Source: Deinococcales bacterium
Lineage (GTDB): Bacteria > Deinococcota > Deinococci > Deinococcales > JAAFIG01
NCBI GenBank assembly: GCA_031414595.1
Contig: JANNVX010000015.1
Span: 1-64,000, forward strand
Length of the DNA: 64,000 nucleotides
Reading direction: 5' to 3'
Under the pieces are notes generated by a model. That model saw nothing but the letters and a program-made list of their open reading frames with translations. It did no database searches and was not told the origin of the DNA. Below, in pieces: positions 8,159 to 17,957 of this stretch (the stretch's first letter is position 1; every line of letters starts with the position of its first letter). The position numbers and the translations under genes were made by a program.

Positions 8159-9784
8159 TTAACTAGCGGCTTGGTATTCAAAGTAATCAAAGTCGGCATG
8201 TAATTTTGTGCCAGCCAAATCTTGGACACAAAGGGCAATAAATGCACCTGTAAATGATAACCCATTGCAGTAATCGTCGGACAGTTTGTAGGTTTCAAAG
8301 TCCCCGCCGATTCGCGTCCAAATTACGCCATCACTCGAGTAAGCAAAGTGAAAGCTGTGGCGTTCGACAATAACCCGTAAATACACCGCGCCTTCTATGG
8401 CAACTTCTTGCGCCAGTGGCTCGGAATAAACACCCGCATCCAAGACCAGAATACTCAGGGTTTTACCTAGAATTTCGTCCTTTGAGACCCGCAAATACAC
8501 CCAATGCTGACTGTCGTAAAACATCGCAAGTCCAGCCATCTGTTGTGAATCGGTGGGGTTAAACTCGAGTTTGGTGCTGGCAGTGGCAGAAAAATCTTGT
8601 AAGCGCCGAGCGATTAAGCTCTGAAAGTGGTTGCTAATCAGGCTTTCACGCCCGTATAAACGCAAAAAACCCGGGCGCTCAGTCAGGGATAACCAACTTG
8701 GGTCAGTCGGAGTGCGTAAACTCTGCCAATCCAAACTCAGTTCGGCTTGGTCAAAGTCATCTCGAGCAGGTGCGGACTTCCAAGGGTGCGGCTCGAGGCG
8801 CGGGGCTGGGACTTGGCTGTGTGGGCTGTTGCCACCGCCGCGAACGTACAACCAGTCATCATCACGCCATTCCATGGCTTGTAACCCAGTTTCACGTCCC
8901 AGTGGGCAGAAACCTCTTTGGTTGTTCGGCTCGAGCGGACGACCACATAAGTGCGCCAAGTACCATTCGCCGTTCTGGGTTTGTACCAAACAGGCGTGTC
9001 CAGCTTTACGAAGCTCTAAGTCTGGTTTTTCCCATGAGGTCAGGATTGGATTTTGAGGATGAATTTCGTAATCTCCGTCCAAGGTTCTTGAACGGGCAAA
9101 GGTTACAGCATGTTCATAACTTGTGCCGCCCTCGGCGGTGAGTAAGTAATACCAACCGTTGCGTTTATAAATATGGGGACCCTCGACCAGTCCGATTGGA
9201 GTGCCAGTAAAAATGTTTTTAATTTCACCAACTAATTTCTGGCTTTTCGGGTCATATTCTTGGAGTAAAATCCCACTGAACTGATTTTTGCCCGCTCGGT
9301 GTTCCCAACGCATGTTGACCAGCCATTTTCGTCCGTCGTCATCATGAAAAAGGCTCGGGTCAAAACCACTGGAATTTAAGTAAATCGGCTCTGACCACTG
9401 CCCGTGGATGTCGGTTGTCGTGACCAAGTAATTGTGTGAATCTTTGAATGGACCAGAATTCCAAGTTTTGACATCGGTGTAAATCAAATGGAACTTTTCA
9501 CCATCATGGGTTAAACACGGTGCCCAAATTCCACATGAATTCGGGTTTCCACGCATGTCCAACTGACTCGAGCGACGCAAAGGTGGCTTAATCGTGCGCC
9601 AATACACAAGGTCACGGCTATGATGAATCCGCACTCCGGGAAACCATTCAAAGGTGCTGGTGGCAAGGTAATAGTCATCGCCTACCCTAAGAATACTTGG
9701 GTCTGGGTGAAAACCCGTTAAGACTGGATTCTGGATTTGGGTCATGACTGCCAAGGAGGTAGGCGGCTCGAGTGTTTGCATCAT
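8159..9784 (-). CDS. GH43 beta-xylosidase (XynB-like) with C-terminal beta-sandwich
   Basis: GFHPDPSI, WAP, GFDPSLF and EGPH motifs; no signal peptide; RBS AAGGAG. Confidence 0.92.
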   Translation of the reverse strand: MMQTLEPPTSLAVMTQIQNPVLTGFHPDPSILRVGDDYYLATSTFEWFPGVRIHHSRDLVYWRTIKPPLRRSSQLDMRGNPNSCGIWAPCLTHDGEKFHLIYTDVKTWNSGPFKDSHNYLVTTTDIHGQWSEPIYLNSSGFDPSLFHDDDGRKWLVNMRWEHRAGKNQFSGILLQEYDPKSQKLVGEIKNIFTGTPIGLVEGPHIYKRNGWYYLLTAEGGTSYEHAVTFARSRTLDGDYEIHPQNPILTSWEKPDLELRKAGHACLVQTQNGEWYLAHLCGRPLEPNNQRGFCPLGRETGLQAMEWRDDDWLYVRGGGNSPHSQVPAPRLEPHPWKSAPARDDFDQAELSLDWQSLRTPTDPSWLSLTERPGFLRLYGRESLISNHFQSLIARRLQDFSATASTKLEFNPTDSQQMAGLAMFYDSQHWVYLRVSKDEILGKTLSILVLDAGVYSEPLAQEVAIEGAVYLRVIVERHSFHFAYSSDGVIWTRIGGDFETYKLSDDYCNGLSFTGAFIALCVQDLAGTKLHADFDYFEYQAAS

Positions 9785-9819
9785 GGGTGTAACTCCTTAA
9801 ATGTAGTCTAGCATTTTCT

Positions 9820-11196
9820 TTATACGTGGCTGCTTAAAAAACCCTTAAACCAAAGACCGGATTCTTTTACAATTCGCTTCTGGGTTGTAAAGTCAACATA
9901 GGTCATGCCAAAGCGTTTTTCATAGCCTTCTGCCCATTCAAAATTATCTAAGAAACTCCATGCAAAATACCCTGTTAGTTTTGCACCATGTTCTATTGCC
10001 TCGAGACTGGCTTGTAGGTGTTGCTGGAAGTATAGGGTGCGTTCAGTGTCGTTAATGGCGTTATTCTCGAGACGGTCAAAGTAGCTTGCACCATTTTCGG
10101 TAATCAAGATACTTTTGGGATTGTATTCTTTTTGTAATCGCACTAGAAAATCGGTCAATCCTTGTGGGTACACTTCCCAATCAAAAAAAGTGCGTTCAAC
10201 ATCTTGTAAAAACACATGTTGATAACCAAGTAGGGCTTCTGGGCTGGCTTGATTTTGTATTTTGGCAGCTTTGACCACGGTTCTCGAGTAATAATTGATG
10301 CCAATAAAATCTAAGGGAGCAGCCATAATTTCTAAATCACCCTCAGCAATTTTGGGGGCATATGCGCCGTATAGCTCGATTAAATCTCTTGGGTAGCCTT
10401 GTCCAAATACGGGGTCAAAGTACCAACGGTTCTGGAATCCATCGGCTAAATGGGCAGCGCGTTGGTCTTCACCCGAGTCAGTTGCTGGGTACACAGGAGC
10501 GGGGTTAAGAACAATACCCGCTTGGGCATCGGGTACATTTTGACGAATAATCGGCATGGCTTGCCCGTGAGCCAGTAATAAATGATGGGTGGCTTGTAAA
10601 GAAGCTGCAAAATCGGTTTTGCCCGGCGCATGAATCCCAATTCCGTAGCCTAGGTACGCCGAACACCAAGGCTCGTTGAGGGTTGTCCAGTTCTTTAATC
10701 TGTCACCTAGAGCTTGGGTAACAACATCGGTATACTCGGCAAAAGCATCGGCAGTGTCACGATTTAACCAACCACCAGCATCCTCGAGAATTTGCGGTAA
10801 ATCCCAATGGTACAAGGTGGCATACGGTTCTATCCCTCGGTCTAGCAGCCCGTCCACAATTCGGTCATAAAATGCCATGCCTGTCGGATTGACTGCACCG
10901 CGTCCATTAGTCACGACTCGAGACCAAGAAATCGAAAAGCGGTAGGCATTAAAACCAAGTTGCTGCATTAAATCAAAATCTGATGGGTATAAATGATAAT
11001 GGTCGCACGCCACATCGCCAGTATCGCCATTTTTGACTTTACCGGGGGTTTTGGCAAAAATATCCCAAATGCTTGGGGTGCGTCCATCGAGGGCGGCAGC
11101 CCCTTCGATTTGATACGAAGCCGTGGCTGTCCCCCAAATAAAGTTATTGGGGAATTGTTTTCTTAAAATACTTGGTTTTTCGATTGTTTTTATCAT
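9820..11196 (-). CDS. GH1 beta-glucosidase
   Basis: GTATASYQIEG, TLNEP, ITENG and DNFEWAEG motifs. Confidence 0.95.
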   Translation of the reverse strand: MIKTIEKPSILRKQFPNNFIWGTATASYQIEGAAALDGRTPSIWDIFAKTPGKVKNGDTGDVACDHYHLYPSDFDLMQQLGFNAYRFSISWSRVVTNGRGAVNPTGMAFYDRIVDGLLDRGIEPYATLYHWDLPQILEDAGGWLNRDTADAFAEYTDVVTQALGDRLKNWTTLNEPWCSAYLGYGIGIHAPGKTDFAASLQATHHLLLAHGQAMPIIRQNVPDAQAGIVLNPAPVYPATDSGEDQRAAHLADGFQNRWYFDPVFGQGYPRDLIELYGAYAPKIAEGDLEIMAAPLDFIGINYYSRTVVKAAKIQNQASPEALLGYQHVFLQDVERTFFDWEVYPQGLTDFLVRLQKEYNPKSILITENGASYFDRLENNAINDTERTLYFQQHLQASLEAIEHGAKLTGYFAWSFLDNFEWAEGYEKRFGMTYVDFTTQKRIVKESGLWFKGFLSSHV

Positions 11197-14100
11197 GGTT
11201 TAACCTCTTTTGTTATTTGTGCATAGCGGTGCGGTGGCATTTCCAAGACCACGCCATCGGAAAATGTGGCGATTTGCAAAGTTGAACTTGGGTTATAGGC
11301 AAAATAGGTGCGGATGTTGTTTTTTTCCAGCACCGCAAATTGGGCGGTGTCGGCTAAAATTTTTTGGTTCGGCACACCGTAGGCTTCCAGACTCGAGAAC
11401 CAATGGTGTGTCTGCACCAAGGAATTACCAAACTCTGGACGCAATTCTTGATTCCACAGGCTTTTGCCAAGACTCGGATTGCCAAGCGCCAAGTACATTG
11501 CTGAAAGGTCATTCCAGTAGCGCTCCTTGGAAAAACTGGCAAAGTTATTTGCAATAAAACCCTGTTCTCGAGCCAAATACAAACTTGCGCCAGTCAAAGG
11601 TAAGGCGTTAATTAAGTGAATTGCGCCTTTGACGCTAGTCCACCAAGTTCCGTACTGTCCGCCATCGCCCCAAAGAATCCCAATCGCAGTTGGTGCAAAA
11701 GTGGCTGGAAAGTTTTTGCCAGCCGCAAACCAATACTGCCAAACAGCATTGGTCTCGAGGGCGTACATCCCAATGGCTCGTTCGAGTAATTCTGGGTTTT
11801 GACTGACCTGAGCGTAACGAATTAAACCCGCCCAAGCATTGACCGCTTCGCTCGAGGATTCTTGATTTGCGCCGCGCATCCGCCCACGGTTATCACCACT
11901 TGCCCATGAATGCCCAGCGTAAGCATCAAAGTTATGAGTTTTGGTAAATGAAGCATCATTTTCTTCTGCTGCCATTTCTCGAGCCAAAACATCAAGCACA
12001 GTACGGTGTTTATTAAGCCAAGTAGGGTCGCGTTCGGCAACACTGGCAGCCGCATGAAGAAAATAACCAAAATTAAAATGGTGATCGTTGAGTTGATAAT
12101 CTGCTCCATGTGAAGCTGGCACTGGAATAACTGTTCCCCAACGTCCATCCCAAAAAAGTGCATGTGGTGGGGCTGGGTCAAACCATTCTTCAAGCCGTTC
12201 TTTGATGGCATTGACCAACGTTTGCACGGCTACAGGTTCATCAAGTTGCTCGGCAACCTCGAGCATTTGGCTTAAGCGCCCAAAATTACGAGCATCAGTG
12301 TACCCATCGGTAATGCGAATGCTTTCTGGGGATAATGGAAAAAATTGTTTACGTTCAATAAACGCTAACAATGCCGTGCGGATTTCGGCTCGAGCCGTTG
12401 TATCTGGGCTAATCGGCAAGTTTGGCAAAATCCCCGTGTATGGTGTACTGGTCACAAAAGAATTGGTGGCAGCCAAACGAATCTGCCCTCGAGCCGAAAT
12501 ATAACTCCATTTGGATAATTCGAGTGTGGTGTTTTTGTGTTGATGCGGGTATAAACCCATGATTGGTGTTCCGCTTCTGGTCTCGAGCCGATGGGTTGTT
12601 TCTACGCTTTGCCCAGCCCAATTCCATGAAACTTTAGAATTGGTTGGTATTGCCAAATGCTGGGCTAAAAAGGTTGTGGCTTCGAGTCGCAATTCTGGGT
12701 TTTGTTGGGCTTCTTCGGGCAAGGCAGCCACCGTTAAACGACCACCTGAAACAAATCGCTGATTCTTAGAACCACGCCATTTTGCACCCTGCGAAGTAAA
12801 AATTAGATAATCACGTCCAGCTACACGTAACCCAGTTGCATCACAAGCAAGTTCAATGCAGGGACGCGCCCAAATCTGAGGTGACTCGAGAAACGATAGC
12901 TTTATTTCTTGATTGGCACTAAACCAAACAAAAGGTAAGCCTCGTCCAAAAGTAGAATGCAGCACTTGCTGGTCGTTCTTAAATTCACTGCGAACCACAA
13001 AATCACTAGCAGCATCCACTCGAGCATCAGAGAAGGTTTGATTGGTCAAGCCAACTGTCATATGCGGTGCGAACGGCGTGGTAAAGCCTTCCTCTCCTAC
13101 CTCGAGCTTCGGGTAATTTAATGCCATGCCATTGGCAGTGGCTTGTAGGGCAAAAGGTTGTGCCATGAGCGCGCCAGAAAACTTTTCCCACAGGAGCGAA
13201 CCCCACCAAGCATTGGTTGGGTAAGGCGCACTAAAATTCTTGGTCTTAAACTCTGGGGCTGGAGGCGCTCGGAAATTGCCTTCACGCCACTGGGTCACCA
13301 ATTGCGGCGCTGGTTTTTGCAAGATAACTGGTTTGCGGTATACCAAGCGCCAAAAACTACGGGCTGGCAGAACAATTTGGGCTGATAGTGCCAAACGTAA
13401 ATCAGGCTTTTCGGCTTGTACCACAGCATCGGTGAAGCCTTTAATACCAATCAGTTCCCAACCGTTCAAATTGGTCTCGAGAAGTTGCGAAGCCAAACTG
13501 GTGTTAGTTGCCATAACTGTCAAACGATTTTCTTGTTGTGCTGCATGAAGCCATAAATTTGGATTATTAGAATTCAATTTTATGGCATGACCAGTAAAAT
13601 GCTTTAAGTGCCTAAACGCATAATAAGTTGCCCGTGGTACACCAGAAATATCGAGTGTGCCATGTCCGCCAATGCCCTGCAAAGCAAAATAAGCGTTCAA
13701 GGTTGCCCCAGCGCTTGCCATTCGCAAAGTGGTTTCGGCAGCCCAGAGTCCCGCCAGTTGATCGCCAATGTGCCTATTGCTTTCGGTGCGGTACGACAAA
13801 CCATATTCGGTTAAGCCAAAACCAATTTGTTTTTGATATGCCAAAGGGTTTTTTTCGGGGTCTTTCCAAAGTGCCATGTACTGTTCTCGTTCAGTGTCTA
13901 CTCGAGCAATACTGGCAATCGCGGCATCTTCGGTAGCCCGACCATCGGTTGGATAGACATGCCACGTTAAAACATCTATTTGATCGCCACATAAACGCAC
14001 AAAATCGGCAAGAAAGGCAGTATCTCCTGTGGTACTCGGTCCTGCAAATTTGGCATTTGGCTGCACCTCGAGAATAGCGGCTCGGTGTGCCTTAAAGGTC

Positions 14101-14618
14101 TGGCAGTATTTCTCGCTTGTCCACGTTTTATCGCCTCTGGTCACGGCATATAAATTAGGTTCGTTGCCAACGCTCCAATAATCCACTTTTATCTTGTTTT
14201 CAAAAGCCAACCGCGCAGCGTTTGCCGCATCCTCAGTACGGTTTTTACCGTCGCCTCGAGCGCCCTGAAAAGCTCTGGTTTGGATAATTACTTTTGGCGC
14301 AACCCCGTTTAACTCGAGTAACTTAAGGTTAATTGCAAAAATTCGCATACTCGAGGCGTTCAAGTCTTGGTCATCGCCAACATTACCAGCCGGAAACCGC
14401 ACAAGGCGCGGTTGTAACTCGAGCAGCGCCTTTTTATTTTCAACAATATTCATCATATTGCCAAGGTTAAAACCAGAGACCGCTTCAGCTTGAATTGGTG
14501 TACCAAGCACGCCTAACTCGAGCTTGGTGCTTTGGCTGGTTAGTGTCTTAGCCGTACCAATTGAAAAAGAAGATAGCGCAAGACACCCAAAAAACAACAA
14601 AACCCCAAATCGTTTCAT
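11193..14618 (-). CDS. Secreted two-domain glycoside hydrolase: clan GH-A-like N-terminal domain + GH81 endo-beta-1,3-glucanase
   Basis: Signal peptide MKRFGVLLFFGCLAL. N-domain: RFPAG, WSVGNEP, WHVYP, LTEYG. C-domain GH81: PTNAWW, NDHHFNFGY, FDAYAGHSWASG, NQESSSEA. Confidence 0.82.
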   Translation of the reverse strand: MKRFGVLLFFGCLALSSFSIGTAKTLTSQSTKLELGVLGTPIQAEAVSGFNLGNMMNIVENKKALLELQPRLVRFPAGNVGDDQDLNASSMRIFAINLKLLELNGVAPKVIIQTRAFQGARGDGKNRTEDAANAARLAFENKIKVDYWSVGNEPNLYAVTRGDKTWTSEKYCQTFKAHRAAILEVQPNAKFAGPSTTGDTAFLADFVRLCGDQIDVLTWHVYPTDGRATEDAAIASIARVDTEREQYMALWKDPEKNPLAYQKQIGFGLTEYGLSYRTESNRHIGDQLAGLWAAETTLRMASAGATLNAYFALQGIGGHGTLDISGVPRATYYAFRHLKHFTGHAIKLNSNNPNLWLHAAQQENRLTVMATNTSLASQLLETNLNGWELIGIKGFTDAVVQAEKPDLRLALSAQIVLPARSFWRLVYRKPVILQKPAPQLVTQWREGNFRAPPAPEFKTKNFSAPYPTNAWWGSLLWEKFSGALMAQPFALQATANGMALNYPKLEVGEEGFTTPFAPHMTVGLTNQTFSDARVDAASDFVVRSEFKNDQQVLHSTFGRGLPFVWFSANQEIKLSFLESPQIWARPCIELACDATGLRVAGRDYLIFTSQGAKWRGSKNQRFVSGGRLTVAALPEEAQQNPELRLEATTFLAQHLAIPTNSKVSWNWAGQSVETTHRLETRSGTPIMGLYPHQHKNTTLELSKWSYISARGQIRLAATNSFVTSTPYTGILPNLPISPDTTARAEIRTALLAFIERKQFFPLSPESIRITDGYTDARNFGRLSQMLEVAEQLDEPVAVQTLVNAIKERLEEWFDPAPPHALFWDGRWGTVIPVPASHGADYQLNDHHFNFGYFLHAAASVAERDPTWLNKHRTVLDVLAREMAAEENDASFTKTHNFDAYAGHSWASGDNRGRMRGANQESSSEAVNAWAGLIRYAQVSQNPELLERAIGMYALETNAVWQYWFAAGKNFPATFAPTAIGILWGDGGQYGTWWTSVKGAIHLINALPLTGASLYLAREQGFIANNFASFSKERYWNDLSAMYLALGNPSLGKSLWNQELRPEFGNSLVQTHHWFSSLEAYGVPNQKILADTAQFAVLEKNNIRTYFAYNPSSTLQIATFSDGVVLEMPPHRYAQITKEVKP

Positions 14619-14660
14619 GCCTAAACGCTCCATCGTGACTGCTCGAGCCACTGCCAATTT

Positions 14661-15518
14661 TTAACTCTTGACCGAACCTGCGGTCAAACCAGAAATCAGT
14701 TGTCTTGAGGTCAAAATAAAAATAATCAAAAGCGGCAAAACCGTGATTGCTGTTCCCATCATCAAACCACCATAATCAACGTTGGTGGCAGTTGTTCCAC
14801 CTGAAATGGCACGAATTAGGGTTTGAAGGGTTCGAGTTTCGGCACTCCTAAAAATTAGGCTTTGCAACACAAATTCATTCCAAACGCCAATAAAAGTAAT
14901 TAAGCCCAGTGTGCCAAGCGCAGGTCGAATAAGCGGTAAAATAATTCGCCAGAACATCCCAAATTCTGTACAACCGTCTACCCTTGCCGCATCCATCAGT
15001 TCTCGAGGAATTGCACTTTGAATATATTGACGGGTTAAAAAAATTCCAAACGCACTTGCCATGCCCGGAAACCACAGGGCTTTAGGCTGGTTAATCCAAC
15101 CAATTAAATTCATCACTAGATAAAAAGGAATCAGGTTCAAAGCGGCTGGAATGGCTTGAGTCGCCACGACCACAGCAAATAAGGCATTTTTGCCCTTAAA
15201 GTCATACATTGCAAAACCGTATCCAGCCAAAGAACAAAAAAAGATGGTTGTGACTGTGGCAATGCTGGCTAAGTAAAAACTGTTCCAAAAGACCCGCCAG
15301 AATGTTCCAGCCGTCATGGTCATCAGGGCATTGTAATTGCTGACAATTTGTTCAAAACTGCCAAAAGTCAGTGGCGGTGGGAACGAAAAAATGGTTTCCC
15401 TACTTTGGGTGGCAAAAACCAGCATAAAGTAAAGCGGCAGAATCATTAACAAACCACCAAATAGGATTAGCCCGTAAATAAGTGCATTTCCAAAAGTCAG
15501 TTTTTGCATATCAATCAT
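14661..15518 (-). CDS. Carbohydrate ABC transporter permease (MalG-like)
   Basis: Multi-TM; EAA loop LMDAARVDGC. Confidence 0.93.
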   Translation of the reverse strand: MIDMQKLTFGNALIYGLILFGGLLMILPLYFMLVFATQSRETIFSFPPPLTFGSFEQIVSNYNALMTMTAGTFWRVFWNSFYLASIATVTTIFFCSLAGYGFAMYDFKGKNALFAVVVATQAIPAALNLIPFYLVMNLIGWINQPKALWFPGMASAFGIFLTRQYIQSAIPRELMDAARVDGCTEFGMFWRIILPLIRPALGTLGLITFIGVWNEFVLQSLIFRSAETRTLQTLIRAISGGTTATNVDYGGLMMGTAITVLPLLIIFILTSRQLISGLTAGSVKS

Positions 15519-16476
15519 TCCTTAATTTGGCAAAGATTTGATTATTGATGATGGTCAGAACAATAATCACCGCAAATAAAACCCATGTCTGGGTGGCTGC
15601 ATCACCAAATAACAAGTTATTAAAAGCGTTATCCCAAAGGTACATCACTGATGTACGCCCCGCGTTTCCAGTTCCGCCAGCCGCATTGACCAATAAGAAT
15701 GGTTCGGCAAATAACTGCATATTGCCAATAATTGTAAATGTAACCGCCGTAAACATGGTTGGGCGCAAGAGCGGCAGTGTGATATAGCGAAAACGTTCAA
15801 AACGACTTGCCCCATCTACTTCGGCGGCTTCGTATAAATCCCCAGAAATGGCTTGTAGACCAGCCAAATACAGCACCGTATTCCAGCCAGTGTAGCGCCA
15901 AACCACCAGAATCGAAATCGAAATTGGAATCATGTGCCTGTCGCCTAACCAGCGCACAGGTTCATCGGTCACAAAGTTATTCAATACGGGAATCTTATTA
16001 AAAACCTCGAGCAGTAACCAGTTTAAGACACCACTGCGTTCCGAGTATAATGTGCCGAAAACAGCCGCAATTGCGGCGACCGAAGTTACGAAAGGGGCAA
16101 AGTAAACAGCCGTCACAAAGCCTTGCATTTTTTTCATGCCAGTGTGAATCATAAAGGCAAGCGGAATGGCAATTAAGTGCTGTGGTAAACCCGAAATAAG
16201 GGCAATATAAGCGGTTTGTTTGACTGAATTCCAAAAAGCAGTGTCTTGGGTAAATAAAAATATATAATTATCTAAACTAACAAATTTCATGCCACCCAAA
16301 CCAGAAATCGCGTCCCAACTGGTTAAGGAAACGTAGACTGAAAAAATCATTGGGAACAATCCAAAAATAAGAAAAAGAATAAAAAATGGGCTAATAAACA
16401 CATAGGGCGCTAAGGTACGTTGCCAGCGCGTATAGAAACGTTCAAAATTAAATTCTCTATTTTTTTCAACCACCAT
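15511..16476 (-). CDS. Carbohydrate ABC transporter permease (MalF-like)
   Basis: Multi-TM; EAA loop LYEAAEVDGAS. Start placed at ATG 16476 (approximate). Confidence 0.92.
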   Translation of the reverse strand: MVVEKNREFNFERFYTRWQRTLAPYVFISPFFILFLIFGLFPMIFSVYVSLTSWDAISGLGGMKFVSLDNYIFLFTQDTAFWNSVKQTAYIALISGLPQHLIAIPLAFMIHTGMKKMQGFVTAVYFAPFVTSVAAIAAVFGTLYSERSGVLNWLLLEVFNKIPVLNNFVTDEPVRWLGDRHMIPISISILVVWRYTGWNTVLYLAGLQAISGDLYEAAEVDGASRFERFRYITLPLLRPTMFTAVTFTIIGNMQLFAEPFLLVNAAGGTGNAGRTSVMYLWDNAFNNLLFGDAATQTWVLFAVIIVLTIINNQIFAKLRND

Positions 16477-16557
16477 GCTTTTCACGTTTAAGTCCTTTGA
16501 AGAGCAGGCTCGAGCGAGTGACTCGAGCCTCACATTTACTACAATTTGTAAGGAGGT

Positions 16558-16587
16558 GTGCTAAAGAGTTTCTTCCCTCTTTAGCAC
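16558..16587 (-). promoter_or_regulatory. Intergenic stem-loop after the binding-protein gene (mRNA stabiliser or attenuator)
   Basis: GTGCTAAAGAG-N8-CTCTTTAGCAC, in the typical position for ABC operons. Confidence 0.6.
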
Positions 16588-16596
16588 GTCATGATT

Positions 16597-17856
16597 TTAA
16601 CGGCGGGCGCGTTTTTCGATTTCGGCACGGGCTTCGGTCAAAGCAGCACGGATGTCTTTGCCCTCGTCGAGAACCGCAGTCAATTGAGTTGTGACAATGG
16701 TTTCGGCAACACTGTCGTACTTATTGACATCAAGTGGTTTGATTTTTTGGGCAGCAGCTTTCCAGAGTTGACGGGCTTTTTGACCACCAAGGAAAGGTAC
16801 TGGTTCGTTAAAGCTGGCATCTGACCAAGCGGCTTTCAGGCTTGGGAATGCGCCGTTGCCTTTGAAAGCAGCAATTTGTTGCTTTCGATCCATCGCCAAA
16901 AATTTGATGATGTCCCAAGCCTCTTTTTTGTTCTTGCTGGCGGTTGGAATGGTGTAGAAGCTACCGCCCCAAGGAGCATATGCGCCATCTGGCAAGTCTT
17001 GAACCCGCCATAATCCTTTGGTTTCTGGTGCCATCCAGTTCTGGAAGTGACCTTGTAACCAAGCACCGCTAAATTGGGTAGCGACAGTCCCGCCCTTAAA
17101 GCCTTCGTACCATTCGTTGCTCCACTCACCAATTTTGGCATCGAGTTTAGCATCGCGGATTTGCTTAGCGATGGTAAAGGCTTTGACCCAACGGGCGCTG
17201 TCTGGTCCGACAATGACTTTGTTGTCCTTAGAAAAGTAAATACCTTCGCCGGCTGGAATGTTTGAGCGCCAGATTAGACCTGCGGCGCTGGCAGCGCTGT
17301 TAATCAGGAATACTTTTTTGTCTTTGGCTTGAATTTTCTTACCTGCGGCAATGTAACCTTCCCAAGTGGTCAGGTCGTTAGCGGTCACACCAGCATTATC
17401 TAAAATATCTTTGCGGTAAAAGGTTGTCCCAGGTCCGATGTCGGCTGGCATACCAATGTAACGACCGTCAGAAGCCGTAGCCTGACCAACGGTGTAATCC
17501 ACAAAGAGGCTCTTGAGTGGTTTAGCGTTGTATGGGGCTTTGTTGAGGTCTTCTAAGCCGCCGCCTTCAGCAAATTTACCAACAAAACCAATCTCTACGG
17601 CTTCGATGTCGTGCAAACCCTGTCCGGTTGCAAGGGCTGTGGTTAGGGCTTGGTGATGATCGCCGTATTGCAAGGCAACCAGTTCAATTTCGTAGTTTGG
17701 GAACTTGGCTTTTAGGGCGGGCATGGCGATTTTAATGGCTTCGTCGAGGCTTGGGAAAGCAGCGATAGAGATTTTTTTCATGCCACCTTGAGCGGCGACT
17801 AAACCAGTGATGGCAACGGCTGCCAAACCAAATGCAACTAATGTACGAGCTTTCAT
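16597..17856 (-). CDS. Carbohydrate ABC transporter substrate-binding protein
   Basis: Signal peptide MKARTLVAFGLAAVA; SBP family 1 features (PADIGP, WGGSF); RBS GGAG. Confidence 0.92.
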   Translation of the reverse strand: MKARTLVAFGLAAVAITGLVAAQGGMKKISIAAFPSLDEAIKIAMPALKAKFPNYEIELVALQYGDHHQALTTALATGQGLHDIEAVEIGFVGKFAEGGGLEDLNKAPYNAKPLKSLFVDYTVGQATASDGRYIGMPADIGPGTTFYRKDILDNAGVTANDLTTWEGYIAAGKKIQAKDKKVFLINSAASAAGLIWRSNIPAGEGIYFSKDNKVIVGPDSARWVKAFTIAKQIRDAKLDAKIGEWSNEWYEGFKGGTVATQFSGAWLQGHFQNWMAPETKGLWRVQDLPDGAYAPWGGSFYTIPTASKNKKEAWDIIKFLAMDRKQQIAAFKGNGAFPSLKAAWSDASFNEPVPFLGGQKARQLWKAAAQKIKPLDVNKYDSVAETIVTTQLTAVLDEGKDIRAALTEARAEIEKRARR

Positions 17857-17957
17857 GGTGTTCCTCCAAATGAGTGAATGAGGGCTTAATTCCAAGATAA
17901 CGAGGTGCTAATCAAATATCCTCCTTGCGGTTGACACAAAAAACTAAATAAAAGGCT

